Shown piece by piece: positions 61,916 through 64,000 of a stretch of 64,000 nt of DNA (its first letter is position 1; every line of letters begins with the position of its first letter). The notes beneath the pieces are model-generated. The model was not told the origin of the DNA. It saw only the letters and a program-made list of their open reading frames with translations, and searched no databases. The stretch is from positions 1,860,001 to 1,924,000 of the forward strand of contig OZ374561.1 of assembly GCA_977862235.1 (NCBI GenBank), given 5' to 3'. Source of the DNA: Dudresnaya verticillata (taxonomy: Eukaryota). Both the position numbers and the translations under genes were made by a program.

Positions 61916-63900
61916 GGCGGCGGGGAGGGGTAGGCGGGGGCGCGGCGCGGCGGGGGTGCGGCGGGCGGGCAGGGCGCGGCGCGGCGGGGCGGGGCGGGGT
62001 GGGAAGCGCGGGGCGTGGGCGGGAAGCGCGGGGTAGGGCAGGTGGGGCGGGGGCGGGGGCGGGCAGGAGGCGGGGGGGGGGGGGGGGGGCGCGCTTGCGG
62101 GCGGGCGGGGCGGCGGGCGGCGGCGTGTGGGCGACGTGGCGCGTTGAAGCAGCGCGGGCGTTTGGGCGGCGCGCACGGGGGCTGCGCTGTGTTTTCGGAG
62201 CGGCGTTGGATGCGGCTGCGGCGGATGGCGAGGGAGTCTTACAGCGTGCTTGACGCGACACGTAGCGCGGGCGGGCGCGGACGCGATCGCCGCAGCGAGC
62301 ACCGCGCGGCGATGTGCGAGTGTCGGCGGCGGCGGCGCGCGCGCGATGATGGCGGCGCGCGACCGGGACTGCCGCGGTCGCGCGCGGCTGCGCTGCGCTG
62401 TATGATGCGGCACTGGCGGCTCTGCGAGCGCGCAGCGCGTCCGTGCGGCCCGTGGCGCGGGTGGGTGGCGCGAGCGCGCGGCTGGCGCTGCGCGTGCGAT
62501 TCGCTCCATCTACCCGGCGCGCTTGTCAGACGCGCGCAGGCGCAGGCGCGGCGCGCGGTTCCACAGCGGGGTGGAACGGCGGCCGTGCGCACGCGCGCAG
62601 CCAGGCGGGCGACGCTGGCTGCGGCGTGCGCGCGGTTCCTCGCGGTTTCCGTTGTTCCGTCCGCCGGCTGTCGGCGTCTACACTTTCGTAAAATCGTGCG
62701 CGCGCGCGCCGAGGCGAAGGCGCGGGAAAGCATGCGTGCCTGAGAGTCCGCCTCGGCTGAGCGCTCGCCCGTGTCTGTCTGCCTGCCAGCTGCATGGCGT
62801 AGATCACATACATACCACACCAACCACGCCCACGCACCGCGGCGGGAGGCGACAGGCAGTGTCGATCCCAACCTGTTACGTGCTGCCTGCGTTGCAGCGC
62901 GCGCGCGAGCGCTCTCCCACGGGGCGAAGCGTGCGAGTCGGTAAGACGCGCGCGGCAGTTGCGCCGCGCACAGGCACAATCCCGCCGCGTTAAAAATAGC
63001 GCGCATAACAGCCGCGCCAAGGCCGACAAGAAGCACGCGCCGCGCTCGATCCAGAAACGCCTTCTTCAAACACAAACGCGCACGCGCGCCCCGCCCCCGC
63101 CCCGCCTCCCACCCACCGCTGTCGTGTACCGGCCCGCAGCGCGAGCGCTCGCGAGACCGCCGCGGCCACCGCGCCCGCGCCACGCGGGACCGTCGCGCGA
63201 CTGGCACAGTACACTACATGCGCCGGCTGCGGCGCGCGCGCGGCGCGCCGCCGGTACGGTATGTTAATCTACGCCCCCGGACGGAGTCTCGTTGCGCGCG
63301 CTCGCGTCGCACGCGGCCCAATTCGCCGGCGCCGCGGCGCGCCGCGACGCACTGCCATCGACGCGCGCGTGCCGCGTCGACTGAGCGCGAATGTCAAGCC
63401 GCGCGCGCCGAATGCACCGCGGTACAGTACTGTATGTGTTTGTCGCGCGCGCGCGCATGCGTAGCGCGCGGCCGGCGTCCGCGCAGACAGGGCGGCGCAC
63501 GGCAGACGCGCGGGCGAGGCGGTGCATGCGCACGCGGCGTGGTGGTGGAAGCGTGGCACGGCGACGCGTGCATGCCCCCTGCATCCGCCATGGCCGCGCG
63601 CGCCGCGCGCGCAGCGGCCGGCAGCCGCGCGGCACGCCGCCGCAAGCTTCGCGTGTTTGCTCGTCTGCGGCAGCCGTCAGATACGGCATCTGGAGCGAGC
63701 TCTGCTGAGATGGCGGCGACTTCCACACGCACAACGCACTCGCGAGCATATAAGAGGCGCCATTGGAAGAGGGTCGCGCAGCAGCGCAGCGCGCTTGACT
63801 TTTGAATTGCAAAACCGCGATCCCGATTAACGCGCGAGCAGCGCGCCGATCTTGCTTCACACTCCCTTCCGCCCCAGCGTCCTGACCTGAGCTCGACGCG
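61916..63900. other. Very GC-rich, CpG/GpC-dense low-complexity island with (GC)n runs and an 18-G homopolymer
   Basis: Dense gcgcgc and ggcggc runs, with G18 at 62072-62089. ORFs are open in many frames with only R/A/G/P content. Confidence 0.75.
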
Positions 63901-64000
63901 CTCCGCCTGCCCTCGCGGGCAACTCGCAACCGCTTGCGGAGACTTGCAACCCCGAAAGCCCTCTTGTGCTCAGAACGATTGCACAACACCACCAGTACAG

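Noticed and set aside
62015..63992. Overlapping 100-320-aa ORFs in the GC island
   Set aside because: They are R/A/G/P low-complexity products open in multiple frames because of extreme GC content.
1..64000. Prokaryotic systems (CRISPR, operons, IS elements), tRNA/rRNA, retrotransposons, or whole-window bacterial origin
   Set aside because: I saw no repeat-spacer arrays, transposase/RT motifs or structural RNA signatures. Spliceosomal introns and eukaryote-specific genes occur throughout.

Overview
Eukaryotic nuclear DNA with compact, intron-poor gene packing, most consistent with a florideophyte red alga. That assignment is an inference from short GT-AG introns with CTAAC/CTGAC branch points, many plastid-targeted genes, a GT7 chondroitin-synthase-like gene and a sulfotransferase. 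About 23 protein-coding genes are supported. The first is a >4100-codon intronless BIG/UBR4 ORF that runs off the left edge and is missing from the ORF track. In order, it is followed by: a gamma-glutamylcyclotransferase; a bacterial WbpA-type UDP-GlcNAc 6-dehydrogenase; a DUF1517/FLAP1-like protein; COX6B; VPS29; RPS17; an acidic protein with a 327-bp tandem duplication; a type I membrane protein with three Cys-bracketed repeats; a type II membrane sulfotransferase; a CASTOR/POLLUX-like channel; DNAJC2/zuotin; a STAR2/ALS3-like permease; a NIPA transporter; a chondroitin-synthase-like GT7; a divergent KNL1/Spc7; NDC1; CYP38; a small plastid membrane protein; a KEA3-like antiporter; BRAP2; an FdC-type ferredoxin; AK6; and RIO1. 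The most notable points are: (1) a bacterial-type aminouronic nucleotide-sugar dehydrogenase within 30 kb of a sulfotransferase and a GT7, suggesting a possible GAG-like or sulfated glycan pathway; (2) a CASTOR/POLLUX homologue with a non-canonical pore-filter sequence; (3) a hidden, highly divergent KNL1; and (4) C-skewed GC islands marking gene 5' ends. I found no tRNA, rRNA, CRISPR array or transposon that I can support. All family assignments come from motif recognition by eye; no searches were run.
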